Assembly: GCA_937915785.1 (NCBI GenBank)
Contig: CALGGY010000155.1
Location: 8,458-72,457 of the forward strand
From: an uncultured Bacteroidales bacterium
GTDB taxonomy: Bacteria > Bacteroidota > Bacteroidia > Bacteroidales > P3
Direction of reading: 5' to 3'
DNA length: 64,000 nt
Of this stretch, positions 38,103 to 47,203 are shown piece by piece (position 1 is the stretch's first letter; every line of letters begins with the position of its first letter). A program made the translations under genes and the position numbers. The notes below the pieces were generated by a model that was not told the DNA's origin, searched no databases, and saw nothing but the letters and a program-made list of their open reading frames with translations.

Positions 38103-38137
38103 AAAAAGAGCGGATTTAAAAATCCGCTCTTTTTTTT
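38103..38137 (+). terminator. Rho-independent terminator
   Basis: A 9-bp stem pairs gagcggatt (38108-38116) with aatccgctc (38121-38129). A T8 run follows. Confidence 0.75.
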
Positions 38138-38194
38138 GCAAAAAAAAATGCCACAACAAAAAAAGCAACTCAAAAAAAAACGCATTTTTTTTCG

Positions 38195-38202
38195 TATCTT
38201 TG
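38195..38202 (+). promoter_or_regulatory. Bacteroidota -7 promoter box (TATCTTTG)
   Basis: Matches TAnnTTTG 63 nt upstream of the ATG at 38265. Confidence 0.45.
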
Positions 38203-38264
38203 CAGGTTATTGCACAGATAACAAACTTTTCACAAAACACTGTAACGCAAGACGATACGCCAGC

Positions 38265-39350
38265 ATGAACAGACTGAAGATAATAGACAAGTACATACTG
38301 CGCAAGTTTATAGCCACCTTTGCCTTGGCCATAAGCCTTATCATCGTCATTATCATAGTGTTCGACGTAAGCGAAAAGTTGGACGACTTTCTGGAAAACC
38401 ATGCGCCGCTGCACCTCATAGTAGTGCAGTACTATCTGAACTTCATCCCCAGTTTCATAAACCTTTTCAGCCCACTGTTTGTTTTCATATCGGTGGTGTA
38501 TTTCACATCCAAAATGGCCGGGCACACCGAAATCATAGCCATACTTGGCAACGGCATCAGTTTCCGCCAGTTTATAAAACCCTACATCATAGGCTCAATA
38601 GCCATTGCCTTTGTAATACTTATTTTGGGCAACTTTGTGATACCCATAAACAACACTTACGTAACCGACTTTGAGCGCAAATACATCAAAAACGCCTACA
38701 ACAACAAATACACCAACATACACATACAATACCGCCCCGGGCATCAGGTGTACGCCGAAAGTTTCGACAACCACAACAACCTTGCCATACGCTACACCGA
38801 GGAATTTTTCAACGGCAAGGAGATGGTGAAGAAAATCACCGCCGACCAGATATGCTACGACTCGGTGCAGGGCAAATGGCGCGCTTTCAACTACGCCTGC
38901 CGCACCATGAACGGGCTCAAAGAATCGCTCTACCGCAAGGTGGACACCATGATAACGGTGCCCATACAGCCCAACGAGTTCAACATCAACTACGAAAACG
39001 TGGAAACGATGAACTTTTTCAAGCTGCGCCAGTTCATAAAACAGGAGGAGATGCGCGGCTCGCACCTCGTGGCCAGCTACCGCATAGAGTATTACCAGCG
39101 TCTGCTCAACCCCTTGGCTATCATCATTATGACCTTTATCGGGCTGGCCGTTTCGTCGCGCAAGCAGCGTGGGGGCATGGGCCTGCACCTTGCCATTGGC
39201 ATAGCCATAGCATTCTTCTTTGTGATATTTATGAAAATAACCACCGTGTTTGCCACCAACGGCACCCTCGGCCCCTTTATGGCAGTGCTGCTGCCGATAA
39301 TAGTGTTCGGCATCGCCGCTCTCATACTGATTAAAAAATCGCCCAAATAA
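38265..39350 (+). CDS. LptF/LptG (YjgP/YjgQ) family LPS export permease
   Basis: The start is at MNRLKIIDKYILRKFIATF, inside ORF 38100..39350; the upstream part of that ORF covers a terminator and promoter. The protein has six TM segments with a large periplasmic loop. Confidence 0.87.
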   Translation: MNRLKIIDKYILRKFIATFALAISLIIVIIIVFDVSEKLDDFLENHAPLHLIVVQYYLNFIPSFINLFSPLFVFISVVYFTSKMAGHTEIIAILGNGISFRQFIKPYIIGSIAIAFVILILGNFVIPINNTYVTDFERKYIKNAYNNKYTNIHIQYRPGHQVYAESFDNHNNLAIRYTEEFFNGKEMVKKITADQICYDSVQGKWRAFNYACRTMNGLKESLYRKVDTMITVPIQPNEFNINYENVETMNFFKLRQFIKQEEMRGSHLVASYRIEYYQRLLNPLAIIIMTFIGLAVSSRKQRGGMGLHLAIGIAIAFFFVIFMKITTVFATNGTLGPFMAVLLPIIVFGIAALILIKKSPK

Positions 39351-39361
39351 AAAACCTACCA

Positions 39362-40882
39362 ATGAACATAATAAACAAAACCGCATACACCTTTATGAAA
39401 CAGCGTTTCCGCACCGTGGAACACTACATGACCGACCCCGTAGGAGTGCAGCACAAGGTGTTTGAAACGCTTATACGAGGCGGAATAGGCACAGAATGGG
39501 GCGACAAATACCACTATGCCGACATACACTCGTGGGACGACTACAACCGGCTGGTGCCGATAAACACCTACGCCGACCTTTACCCCTACATACTGCGCAT
39601 AATGCACGGCGAAAACAACCTGCTGTGGAACGAAAAAGTGCGGTGGCTGGCCAAATCGTCGGGCACCACGGGCAAAGCCAGCAAATTTATACCCGTAACG
39701 CAGGCAGCCCTCAAGCAAAGCCACTACAAAGGCGGCAAGGACATGGTTGCCATATACTGCAACATGTACTCCGACACACACCTGTTTACCGGCTACAACC
39801 TCGCCCTCGGCGGCAGCCAGCAGGAAAATCCCGACACCAAACTGTTTTGCGGCGACGTGTCGGCAATACTTATGGACAACCTTCCCGCTTGGGCCGAGCA
39901 TTTCAGGTTCCCCAAAAAAGAGGTGGCCCTGATGAAAGAATGGGAGACAAAACTCAACGCCCTTGTACAATCCACCTACAACCGCAACATAGTGAGCCTT
40001 TCGGGAGTGCCCTCGTGGATGGCCGTGTTGCTGCAGAAAAGCGTGGAATACGCCGGCAAAGACACCGTGGCACAGATGTGGCCCAACCTTGAGGCCTTCT
40101 TCTACGGCGGAGTGCATTTCGACCCCTACCGCAAAAAATTCGACCAGCTCATCGGCAACCCCGACATGCGGTACATCAACATCTACAACGCCTCCGAAGG
40201 CTTTTTCGGAGTGCAGGACCAAGCCCACAGCAGCGACATGCTCCTGCTCCTCGACAACGGCATTTTCTACGAATTTATCCCACTTGCCGAAATGGACAGC
40301 CCGCACCCCAACATAGTGCCGCTGTGGAAGGTGCAGAAAGGGCAGAACTACGCAATGGTAATAAGCACCAACTCCGGACTGTGGCGATACCTGATTGGCG
40401 ACACAGTAACGTTCACATCCACACATCCTTACCGCATACAGATTACCGGCCGTACAAAAAACTACATCAATGTGTGCGGCGAGGAGCTGATTGTGGACAA
40501 CGCCATACAAGCCCTGAACCTTGCCTGTGCCGAGCTCAACTGCGAAGTGAAAGAGTTCACCGCCGCACCCTACTTCTCGTCCGACGAAAAACCCATCGGG
40601 CACCAATGGCTGGTGGAATTTGAACGCACCCCATCCGACATCGACTTGTTTGCCAAAACATTGGACAAAAAAATGCAGGAGGTGAACACCGACTACCAGT
40701 CGAAACGGTACAAGGACTTAATACTGCGCCCACTGATGCTCACCGTGGCACCAAACGGCACTTTCCTCGAATGGCAACGACAAAGCAACAAACTCGGCGG
40801 ACAAAGCAAAGTGCCACGACTGAACAACACCCGCGAAATTATAGACCCACTGCTGGAAATTGCGGATTCAATTAGTAATTAG
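39362..40882 (+). CDS. GH3 auxin-responsive-promoter family (acyl-adenylate-forming) protein
   Basis: The 506-aa ORF carries WLAKSSGTTGKASKFIPVT (an adenylation P-loop-like motif) and has the overall GH3 layout common in Bacteroidota. Confidence 0.88.
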   Translation: MNIINKTAYTFMKQRFRTVEHYMTDPVGVQHKVFETLIRGGIGTEWGDKYHYADIHSWDDYNRLVPINTYADLYPYILRIMHGENNLLWNEKVRWLAKSSGTTGKASKFIPVTQAALKQSHYKGGKDMVAIYCNMYSDTHLFTGYNLALGGSQQENPDTKLFCGDVSAILMDNLPAWAEHFRFPKKEVALMKEWETKLNALVQSTYNRNIVSLSGVPSWMAVLLQKSVEYAGKDTVAQMWPNLEAFFYGGVHFDPYRKKFDQLIGNPDMRYINIYNASEGFFGVQDQAHSSDMLLLLDNGIFYEFIPLAEMDSPHPNIVPLWKVQKGQNYAMVISTNSGLWRYLIGDTVTFTSTHPYRIQITGRTKNYINVCGEELIVDNAIQALNLACAELNCEVKEFTAAPYFSSDEKPIGHQWLVEFERTPSDIDLFAKTLDKKMQEVNTDYQSKRYKDLILRPLMLTVAPNGTFLEWQRQSNKLGGQSKVPRLNNTREIIDPLLEIADSISN

Positions 40883-40953
40883 TAGTTAGAGATTTGTAAT
40901 TTGCAATTAGTAATAAAATATGGGACAATACCCGATTAAACAATTATAAAGAA

Positions 40954-41382
40954 ATGACCATACAAGAGATTGAAAACCAAATAATAAGCGAGTTCGCCAA
41001 TTTCGAGGACTGGCTGGACAAATACAACTACATAATAGAACTTGGCAAGGATTGTCCCATTATCGACGAAAAGGACAAAGTGAACGAAAACCTTATCAAG
41101 GGTTGCCAGAGCAAGGTATGGCTCAGCGCCAAACTCGAGGAAGGCCGCATACGGTTCCGCGCCGACAGCGACGCGGTGATAACCCGCGGCATAGTGTCGC
41201 TGCTGATACGCACTTTCGACAACCAGACCCCCGCCGACATACTTGCCGCCGACCTATCGTTCATCGAAAAAATAGGCCTCAAGGAACACCTCTCCCCCAC
41301 CCGCTCCAACGGCCTCACAGCCATGGTGAAACAGATGAAAATATACGCCCTCGCATTCCAAACTTTATCACAACAGCAATGA
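40954..41382 (+). CDS. sufE: SufE-family sulfur acceptor protein
   Basis: The 142-aa ORF carries KGCQSKVWL (the conserved persulfide Cys) and LSPTRSNGL. Confidence 0.9.
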   Translation: MTIQEIENQIISEFANFEDWLDKYNYIIELGKDCPIIDEKDKVNENLIKGCQSKVWLSAKLEEGRIRFRADSDAVITRGIVSLLIRTFDNQTPADILAADLSFIEKIGLKEHLSPTRSNGLTAMVKQMKIYALAFQTLSQQQ

Positions 41383-41699
41383 AACCGACCAAAGAAACAA
41401 TACACTCGGCCGCCACCGACGCGCTGAAATCCATTTTCGACCCCGAAATACCCGTAAACATCTACGACCTCGGGTTTATTTACAACATAGATGTAAACGA
41501 CGACCTTGCCGTTAAGATACTGATGACCCTTTCGGCGCCCAACTGCCCAGAGGCCGAATCGCTGCCCGCCGAAGTGAAACAGCGTATCCTTGCCATCGAC
41601 GGCGTAAGCGACGCTCAAGTGGAAATAACTTTCGACCCACCCTGGAGCATGGACAAAATGAGCGATGCCGCCAAATTGGAACTCGACCTTTTTCTTTAA
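41379..41699 (+). CDS. DUF59 (SufT/PaaD-like) Fe-S assembly protein
   Basis: The 106-aa protein starts at MKPTKETI, with an ATGA overlap on the sufE stop. It carries DPEIPVNIYDLGFIY and LSAPNCPEAE motifs. Confidence 0.85.
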   Translation: MKPTKETIHSAATDALKSIFDPEIPVNIYDLGFIYNIDVNDDLAVKILMTLSAPNCPEAESLPAEVKQRILAIDGVSDAQVEITFDPPWSMDKMSDAAKLELDLFL

Positions 41700-41723
41700 C
41701 AATACAACAAAAAAAAACAAACA

Positions 41724-44057
41724 ATGAAAAAAACAGCCCTTTCTCTTCTGGTATTTGGCATGACCATTTTACACTGTGCCGCACAAAACAGTGCAGCAAA
41801 AATAACCCACAGCGGTTTCGACAAAATATCCATCACCCTCAACGCCAGCCAGATACAGGCATCTACGGTAAACACCCTCAAAGGCACTTTCTCGAAAATA
41901 GGCATGAACGGTTTTGTGCCCTGCGGCAACGAGGGTATGCCCGAACTGCCGGCTTTCGTAGCAACATTGGAAATACCTGTCTGTCAGAACGTTATTATCA
42001 GTGTTACCGAACAGCAATGGCAGGAGATGGACGCCGCGCAGCTTGGCATTGCACACCCCATATTCCCATTGCAGCCATCGCGCAGCAAAGCGGCAAAAGG
42101 GCCGTTTGAACTTATCGTAAACACACAGGCATACACCGCCGACAGTTTTTACCACACCCCGTTGGTAACAGTGGAACCCATCGGCATAGCGCGCAACCGC
42201 AACCTTGCCACCCTTTATTTCTCGCCAGTGGCATACAATCCTGTCAGCGGAAAAATAAAAATCTGCACCAGCGCCGATGTGGAAATCACATTTGTAAACC
42301 CCGACATGGATGGCACACAAAATATGAAAGCCCTGCACAGCTCGCCAATGTTTACATCGGGCAACACCCTGAACAGCCTGCCGCTGTCGGCCAACAAAAA
42401 CGAAATATCCGCCACTCCAATCCGATACCTTATAGTGGCACACAACTCGTTTCGGGGAATGCTCGACACCTTTGCCGACTGGAAACGGCGCAAGGGATTC
42501 CTTGTTGACATAGCCTACACAGGCACTCCAGCAGTCGGCACAACCACCACATCCATAGCGACTTACATCAAAGACCAGTATACCAACGCCACGGCCGACA
42601 ACCCTGCCCCCACTTTCTTGCTGCTGGCAGGCGATGTGGAGCAGGTGCCGGCCTTTACAGGCAACGCTGACGGCCATGCCACCGACCTCTACTACGCCAC
42701 TTGGACCAGCGGCGACGTGCTGCCAGACTGCTACTACGGACGCTTTTCGGCAAAAACCGCCGACCAGCTCACCCCCCAGATAGAGAAAACTCTGATGTAC
42801 GAGCAATACACCATGACCAACACCACCTATCTGGAAAACGCCATGCTCATTGCCGGCATCGACGACGGGGAATACGGCGACTACGGCTACACCCATGCCG
42901 ACCCCACCATGAAATATCTGAAAAACACCTACATAGACACCGCCTACGGATACACCTACGTTGGATACTACGACAACAGCGACTACACCCTCGACCCGAG
43001 CGGCATGGCCACCGGAATGACACGCATAATAACCAATCTGATGAACCATGGCACCAGCATAGCCGTTTATTCGGCTCACGGCTCAAGCAGCGGATGGTAC
43101 AACCCAAAATTTGAAAAAAGCGACCTCAACAACCTCAACAACAGCAAAAAAATAGGTCTTATGATTGGCAACTGCTGTAGCTCCAATACCTACAACGACG
43201 ACGAATGTTTTGGCGAGGCACTGCTGCGGTTGCCCGACTGTCGCGGAGCCGTGGGATACATCGGAGGCTCAAACTCCACCTACTGGGACGAAGACTACTA
43301 CTGGGCTGTGGGTATCCGCAACATCGGCAGCCAAGGGGCCGTGCCATCGTACGACGCATCCAACTTGGGAATGTTCGACCGACTTTACCACACCCACAGC
43401 GAGCCATACAGCACATGGTTCGTAACCAACGGTGGCATAGTGCAGAGCGGCAACATGGCCGTACAGAACTCTTCATCGAGGCGGAAAATTTACTACTGGG
43501 AGATTTACCACCTTATGGGCGACCCCTCGGTGATGCCGTGGCTGCACCGTGCCAAGACAATGAACGTTACCGTCCCCAACGAACTGCCTACAGGTGCCAC
43601 AAGCATTTCTGCAATAGCAGAGCCTCACTCCTACGTGGCCCTCACCGACAGCAACCTGAACCTTATGGCCGCCACCTTTGCCGACTCCAACGGCACTGCC
43701 TCGCTGAATTTCCTGCCTCTGGCAAACGGCAATTACGAACTGGCGGCGTCGGCACAAGGCTACAAAACAAATTTCACACCAATTGTTGTAAGAAACAGCT
43801 CCGGCATTGCCACTGCCAATTTGGTCAGACCAAAGATACACCCAAATCCGGCCAAAAGCCACATCGCCATAGCTTGCCCCGACATAAAAAGCGCGAGCCT
43901 TGTGGATATGCTTGGCAACGTGGTGGTTACACAACACAACGCCTTGTCCGACAGCATAACACTACCTTTGGACAACTGCAAAAGCGGCTTTTACCTGCTT
44001 CGCATCGACCGCTCGGACGGCAGTTCGTCGTATCACAAAATCGTTGTAAAGAAATAG
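41724..44057 (+). CDS. C25-family (gingipain-like) cysteine peptidase with a T9SS C-terminal sorting domain
   Basis: The 777-aa ORF has a propeptide-like N-terminus (GMPELPAFVATLEIP), a catalytic His context AVYSAHGSSSGW and a Cys context MIGNCCSSN with gingipain-like spacing. The C-terminus KIHPNPAKSHIAI...GFYLLRIDRSDGSSSYHKIVVKK is a T9SS CTD. Confidence 0.87.
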   Translation: MKKTALSLLVFGMTILHCAAQNSAAKITHSGFDKISITLNASQIQASTVNTLKGTFSKIGMNGFVPCGNEGMPELPAFVATLEIPVCQNVIISVTEQQWQEMDAAQLGIAHPIFPLQPSRSKAAKGPFELIVNTQAYTADSFYHTPLVTVEPIGIARNRNLATLYFSPVAYNPVSGKIKICTSADVEITFVNPDMDGTQNMKALHSSPMFTSGNTLNSLPLSANKNEISATPIRYLIVAHNSFRGMLDTFADWKRRKGFLVDIAYTGTPAVGTTTTSIATYIKDQYTNATADNPAPTFLLLAGDVEQVPAFTGNADGHATDLYYATWTSGDVLPDCYYGRFSAKTADQLTPQIEKTLMYEQYTMTNTTYLENAMLIAGIDDGEYGDYGYTHADPTMKYLKNTYIDTAYGYTYVGYYDNSDYTLDPSGMATGMTRIITNLMNHGTSIAVYSAHGSSSGWYNPKFEKSDLNNLNNSKKIGLMIGNCCSSNTYNDDECFGEALLRLPDCRGAVGYIGGSNSTYWDEDYYWAVGIRNIGSQGAVPSYDASNLGMFDRLYHTHSEPYSTWFVTNGGIVQSGNMAVQNSSSRRKIYYWEIYHLMGDPSVMPWLHRAKTMNVTVPNELPTGATSISAIAEPHSYVALTDSNLNLMAATFADSNGTASLNFLPLANGNYELAASAQGYKTNFTPIVVRNSSGIATANLVRPKIHPNPAKSHIAIACPDIKSASLVDMLGNVVVTQHNALSDSITLPLDNCKSGFYLLRIDRSDGSSSYHKIVVKK

Positions 44058-44162
44058 ACACATTTACCTGGCAGAGCGCCCATCTGTGAAAAGAAAGAAT
44101 AGCAGTAATTTTGCCAACGGCGAGCTGCTGATTACCGTTAACCGTACTTTGGAGTATGCCGA

Positions 44163-44684
44163 TTAGCGGAAGTAATTGTTAATCGTCTTTTGCGCATAAG
44201 TGGACAGGGTGAATCCCGTTTCGCTTTCGTCGAACAGTTTCCGTTCGGGGATGTAGCATTCCTTTTTGTGCTTGTCCGAAAAAAGTATCAGTGCCGGGAA
44301 CCTGTTAATTTTGTGTTTTTTGAAATATTGTCGGCGTTGCTTGGGATTGAGATCGTAAACCACGGTAGGGCGTTCCTCATCGTTGTAATAGTCGCGGAGA
44401 TCGGCGGTTGTCGAGCGACGGGCACCCATATAGGGCACACCTCTGATTAAGACTACTATTTCAATGTCTGGATTGTTGGTGTGAAACTCTTTGCAAAAGG
44501 CTGCGAGGGTGTTCATACAGCCGTGGCAAATGTATGTGTCGAAGCAGATGGCCATGGTTTTGGCCGAAGTAGGCTGTGCGTTGCCCCGAATGTCGTACAA
44601 GTGGCGTTCGGTTTGGGCTTGGCACAATGCGAATACCGAAAAAATGATGGCTAAGAGGAGTTCTTTCATGGCTTTATTCGGCAA
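44163..44684 (-). CDS. Secreted thioredoxin-fold protein with a CHGC motif
   Basis: The 173-aa ORF has a signal peptide (LLLAIIFSVFALCQAQ), the motif ICFDTYICHGCMNTL (a CxxC at the start of a helix) and a cis-Pro-like RFPALILF. An alternative start at 44669 is possible. Confidence 0.68.
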   Translation of the reverse strand: MPNKAMKELLLAIIFSVFALCQAQTERHLYDIRGNAQPTSAKTMAICFDTYICHGCMNTLAAFCKEFHTNNPDIEIVVLIRGVPYMGARRSTTADLRDYYNDEERPTVVYDLNPKQRRQYFKKHKINRFPALILFSDKHKKECYIPERKLFDESETGFTLSTYAQKTINNYFR

Positions 44685-45924
44685 AAGTGTGTGAAAAAAT
44701 TGTTATTTGCAAAAACGGGTCGCTGTTCTGCCATCCATCCCACTCTTTGATGTTGTATTCCTGTCCAAGCATGCCAATAGGATATTCTGCTACCATTCCG
44801 TGTTTTGACAGTTTTACAACCTTGTTGTTTGTTGTAAAATGGACAATGGGGTCGGATAACAATTCGAGTGCAAAGGAGTTGCGTTGTATGGTATCCGCCC
44901 GTTCAGCAAAGTCTTCGATTCCTGTTTTGGTTAATTGCCATTGGCCGTTGTTTTTTTCAAAAATATCTATTGATGGGAATGTGTATGTTTTTTCGTTGTA
45001 GGGTTTTGCGTGTACCGCAAGTATGTGCGTGCTGTCTATGAGGTAGGCCCATTGCAGCTGGTCTATTTTGTAGTATTCTTTTTCGATGATTGCAATTATG
45101 TCGGCGGCATCGTATTTGCTTCGCTTACGGGCTTTTTTCAGCGTTTTTTCCGAAAGGTTTTTCCAGACTTTCACGTTATGGAAGATACTGTCCTTGAGTT
45201 CGAGATTGTTGTTGAAGACAAGGAAAGAATACTCTGCGCGGTTGGCCCAAAGTATAGTATTGTCTTTAACGTCGAAATTTTTGTGTGGGTTAAAATAGCT
45301 TAACAGCAGGTTGTTGAAATGCGGGAATATGTCTTTTTCCACCTTTAGGGTGTTGATGTTGAACAGCGATATGAAGGTGGGCGGAGTGTGGGAGTAGTAG
45401 TTGTTGGAGAATACTAAAATGCTGTCGTTGAGGAACTGCACTTCTTGTGGGCTATCGTCAATTTCAAAATCTTTATATAAAGAGTGTTGTTTTTGGGTTA
45501 TTTTGTATATGCGTAGGCGCGAGGCGTAGTTTATTGCAAGGTAGCTGTTGTTGAAAGCTATGTTGGATATTTTGTTGTTCAGGTTCTGTTTTATTTTTTT
45601 TCGCAAGTCCGCAATATAAATATCAACAGTATCAACGCCGAGTGTTTCGGCGTTGATACTGTACAATCTTACTGTGTCGGATTTGCAGTTTGTGGTGAAA
45701 GTGGTGAACATCACCGTGTTCCCCCACTGGTTGCTCACCAGTCCACGCAGGTCGGTTTCGGAGGTGAAGGATATGATGGTGTCAGCTGAAAGGTAATTGC
45801 TGATGCTGTTTTTGACGGCTGGTAGTTTGGGGGTTATTACGGAAATGCCTTCGGTTGCATTCTGGGCGGAAATATTGGCCGTAGTAATAAATATTGCTGA
45901 CAGTAGTAAAATTGTGTGTTTCAT
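44674..45924 (-). CDS. Secreted protein of unknown function, paralog A
   Basis: The 416-aa ORF has a signal peptide. It shares blocks with the next gene: YSFLVF/YSFLTF, IDIFEKNNGQW/IDIWEKTNHGW, NSFALELLSDP/NSFFLEMLSNP and IFSHTF/IFSHSF. Confidence 0.75.
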   Translation of the reverse strand: MKHTILLLSAIFITTANISAQNATEGISVITPKLPAVKNSISNYLSADTIISFTSETDLRGLVSNQWGNTVMFTTFTTNCKSDTVRLYSINAETLGVDTVDIYIADLRKKIKQNLNNKISNIAFNNSYLAINYASRLRIYKITQKQHSLYKDFEIDDSPQEVQFLNDSILVFSNNYYSHTPPTFISLFNINTLKVEKDIFPHFNNLLLSYFNPHKNFDVKDNTILWANRAEYSFLVFNNNLELKDSIFHNVKVWKNLSEKTLKKARKRSKYDAADIIAIIEKEYYKIDQLQWAYLIDSTHILAVHAKPYNEKTYTFPSIDIFEKNNGQWQLTKTGIEDFAERADTIQRNSFALELLSDPIVHFTTNNKVVKLSKHGMVAEYPIGMLGQEYNIKEWDGWQNSDPFLQITIFSHTFAE

Positions 45925-45935
45925 AAGGTTGAGGG

Positions 45936-47189
45936 TTAGAAACTGTGGCTAAATATACGTATCTCGATTATTTGCTCGTTTTCGGCGAGGTAATCATCGG
46001 CTTTTGCGTAATATTCTCTTTGTGTCATGCCAATTGGGAGAATTGGTATCCCTTCGTCAGATACAGTGACGATTTTACCATCAAATACAAATATTTGAGG
46101 ATTGGATAACATTTCGAGAAAGAAGGAGTTTGTCTTTATTATGCTATCGGTACGATTGAAACCAAGGTCGTCAACAATATCTTGCTTTACTCGTTCCCAG
46201 CCATGGTTAGTCTTCTCCCAAATATCTATCATTGGATGCCCGATGTCGTTGTCAGAGTCCTTAGGAGTGTATGATAGCAATAGTTTGTTCTGGTTGATAA
46301 TATAAACTCTGTTTAGCTGGTGTATTTTGGTGTAATATTTTATCAGATAATTGTTTATTTCTGCCGCATGGTATCCGTTGCCCCATTTTTTTTGTATGGT
46401 TTTGAAGGCTTTGTCGGGGAGTTTGGCCCAGCCATCTATTTTTTGATATGTGCTGTCCAGCTGTTGCAGATTTCTGTCGAAAGTTAGGAATGAATACTCT
46501 AGCCGGTTGGCATAGAGTAAAAGATTGTCTTTTATGTCGTATTGTTTCGAGGTGAATCCAGATATTATTTTGTGGTTGTGGTATGGGTAAATGGAGTTCG
46601 TTATTTTGCCCGAGTTTATGTCCACAGTGTGGAAAGACGCCCCTTCCCGGTAATTTATTTCAGATAACAATATAGTTGAGGTGTCGATGAAATCGATTTT
46701 GGAGGCATCGGTTTTTGTGTGGATTGTTTTGTGGTAAAAATAAGTGCTATTGCCATTTTTCTTCTTGAAAATAAGAAGGTTATCCCCCCTGTCGTATCCA
46801 AGGCCTTGCATAAGGGTGATTGTGTTGCCGTTGTAGGCCATACATCCTTTGAAATTACAGTTCATCAACATTTTCATTGTTTTTCTGATGTCGGGGATGT
46901 GAATTTCTACAGTCTCCATACCGTAGTTGTTGGCGTTTATTATATAGAATGTAACGCTGTCGGAATTGGAGTTGCAGTTGAAATTTGTGAGTATTACTTC
47001 ATCGCCCCAGCTTGAGCATGCCAATGAACGTGTGTTTTTCTCGTTTTGGAGAAAAATTATTGTGTCGAGTGTTATAAACTGGTTTGTGTAGAAACTCTGG
47101 CATATTGCTGTTGTTGAGGGCGAAAAAAATCCCAGTATTGCCATTACTAATGGCAATACTGGGATAATGTTTTTTTGAGCGATTATCAT
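45936..47189 (-). CDS. Secreted protein of unknown function, paralog B
   Basis: The 417-aa ORF is collinear with paralog A over its full length, by eye at roughly a quarter to a third identity. Confidence 0.75.
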   Translation of the reverse strand: MIIAQKNIIPVLPLVMAILGFFSPSTTAICQSFYTNQFITLDTIIFLQNEKNTRSLACSSWGDEVILTNFNCNSNSDSVTFYIINANNYGMETVEIHIPDIRKTMKMLMNCNFKGCMAYNGNTITLMQGLGYDRGDNLLIFKKKNGNSTYFYHKTIHTKTDASKIDFIDTSTILLSEINYREGASFHTVDINSGKITNSIYPYHNHKIISGFTSKQYDIKDNLLLYANRLEYSFLTFDRNLQQLDSTYQKIDGWAKLPDKAFKTIQKKWGNGYHAAEINNYLIKYYTKIHQLNRVYIINQNKLLLSYTPKDSDNDIGHPMIDIWEKTNHGWERVKQDIVDDLGFNRTDSIIKTNSFFLEMLSNPQIFVFDGKIVTVSDEGIPILPIGMTQREYYAKADDYLAENEQIIEIRIFSHSF

Positions 47190-47203
47190 ATTATCTAAAA
47201 AAG

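Noticed and set aside
38100-38264. Upstream extension of the LptF/G ORF.
   Set aside because: It spans the terminator hairpin (38103-38137) and the promoter-like box (38195-38202). The conserved N-terminus starts at MNRLKIIDKYILRKF.
44099-44109. An 11-nt inverted repeat, atagcagtaat (44099-44109) and attactgctat (47962-47972), flanking the 44.2-47.8 kb module. This could indicate an invertible or mobile segment.
   Set aside because: The match is only 11 nt with no extension on either side. No recombinase, transposase or target-site duplication is nearby. A chance match between two AT-rich spacers is plausible (roughly a few percent). It is worth revisiting only if read pairs show inversion.
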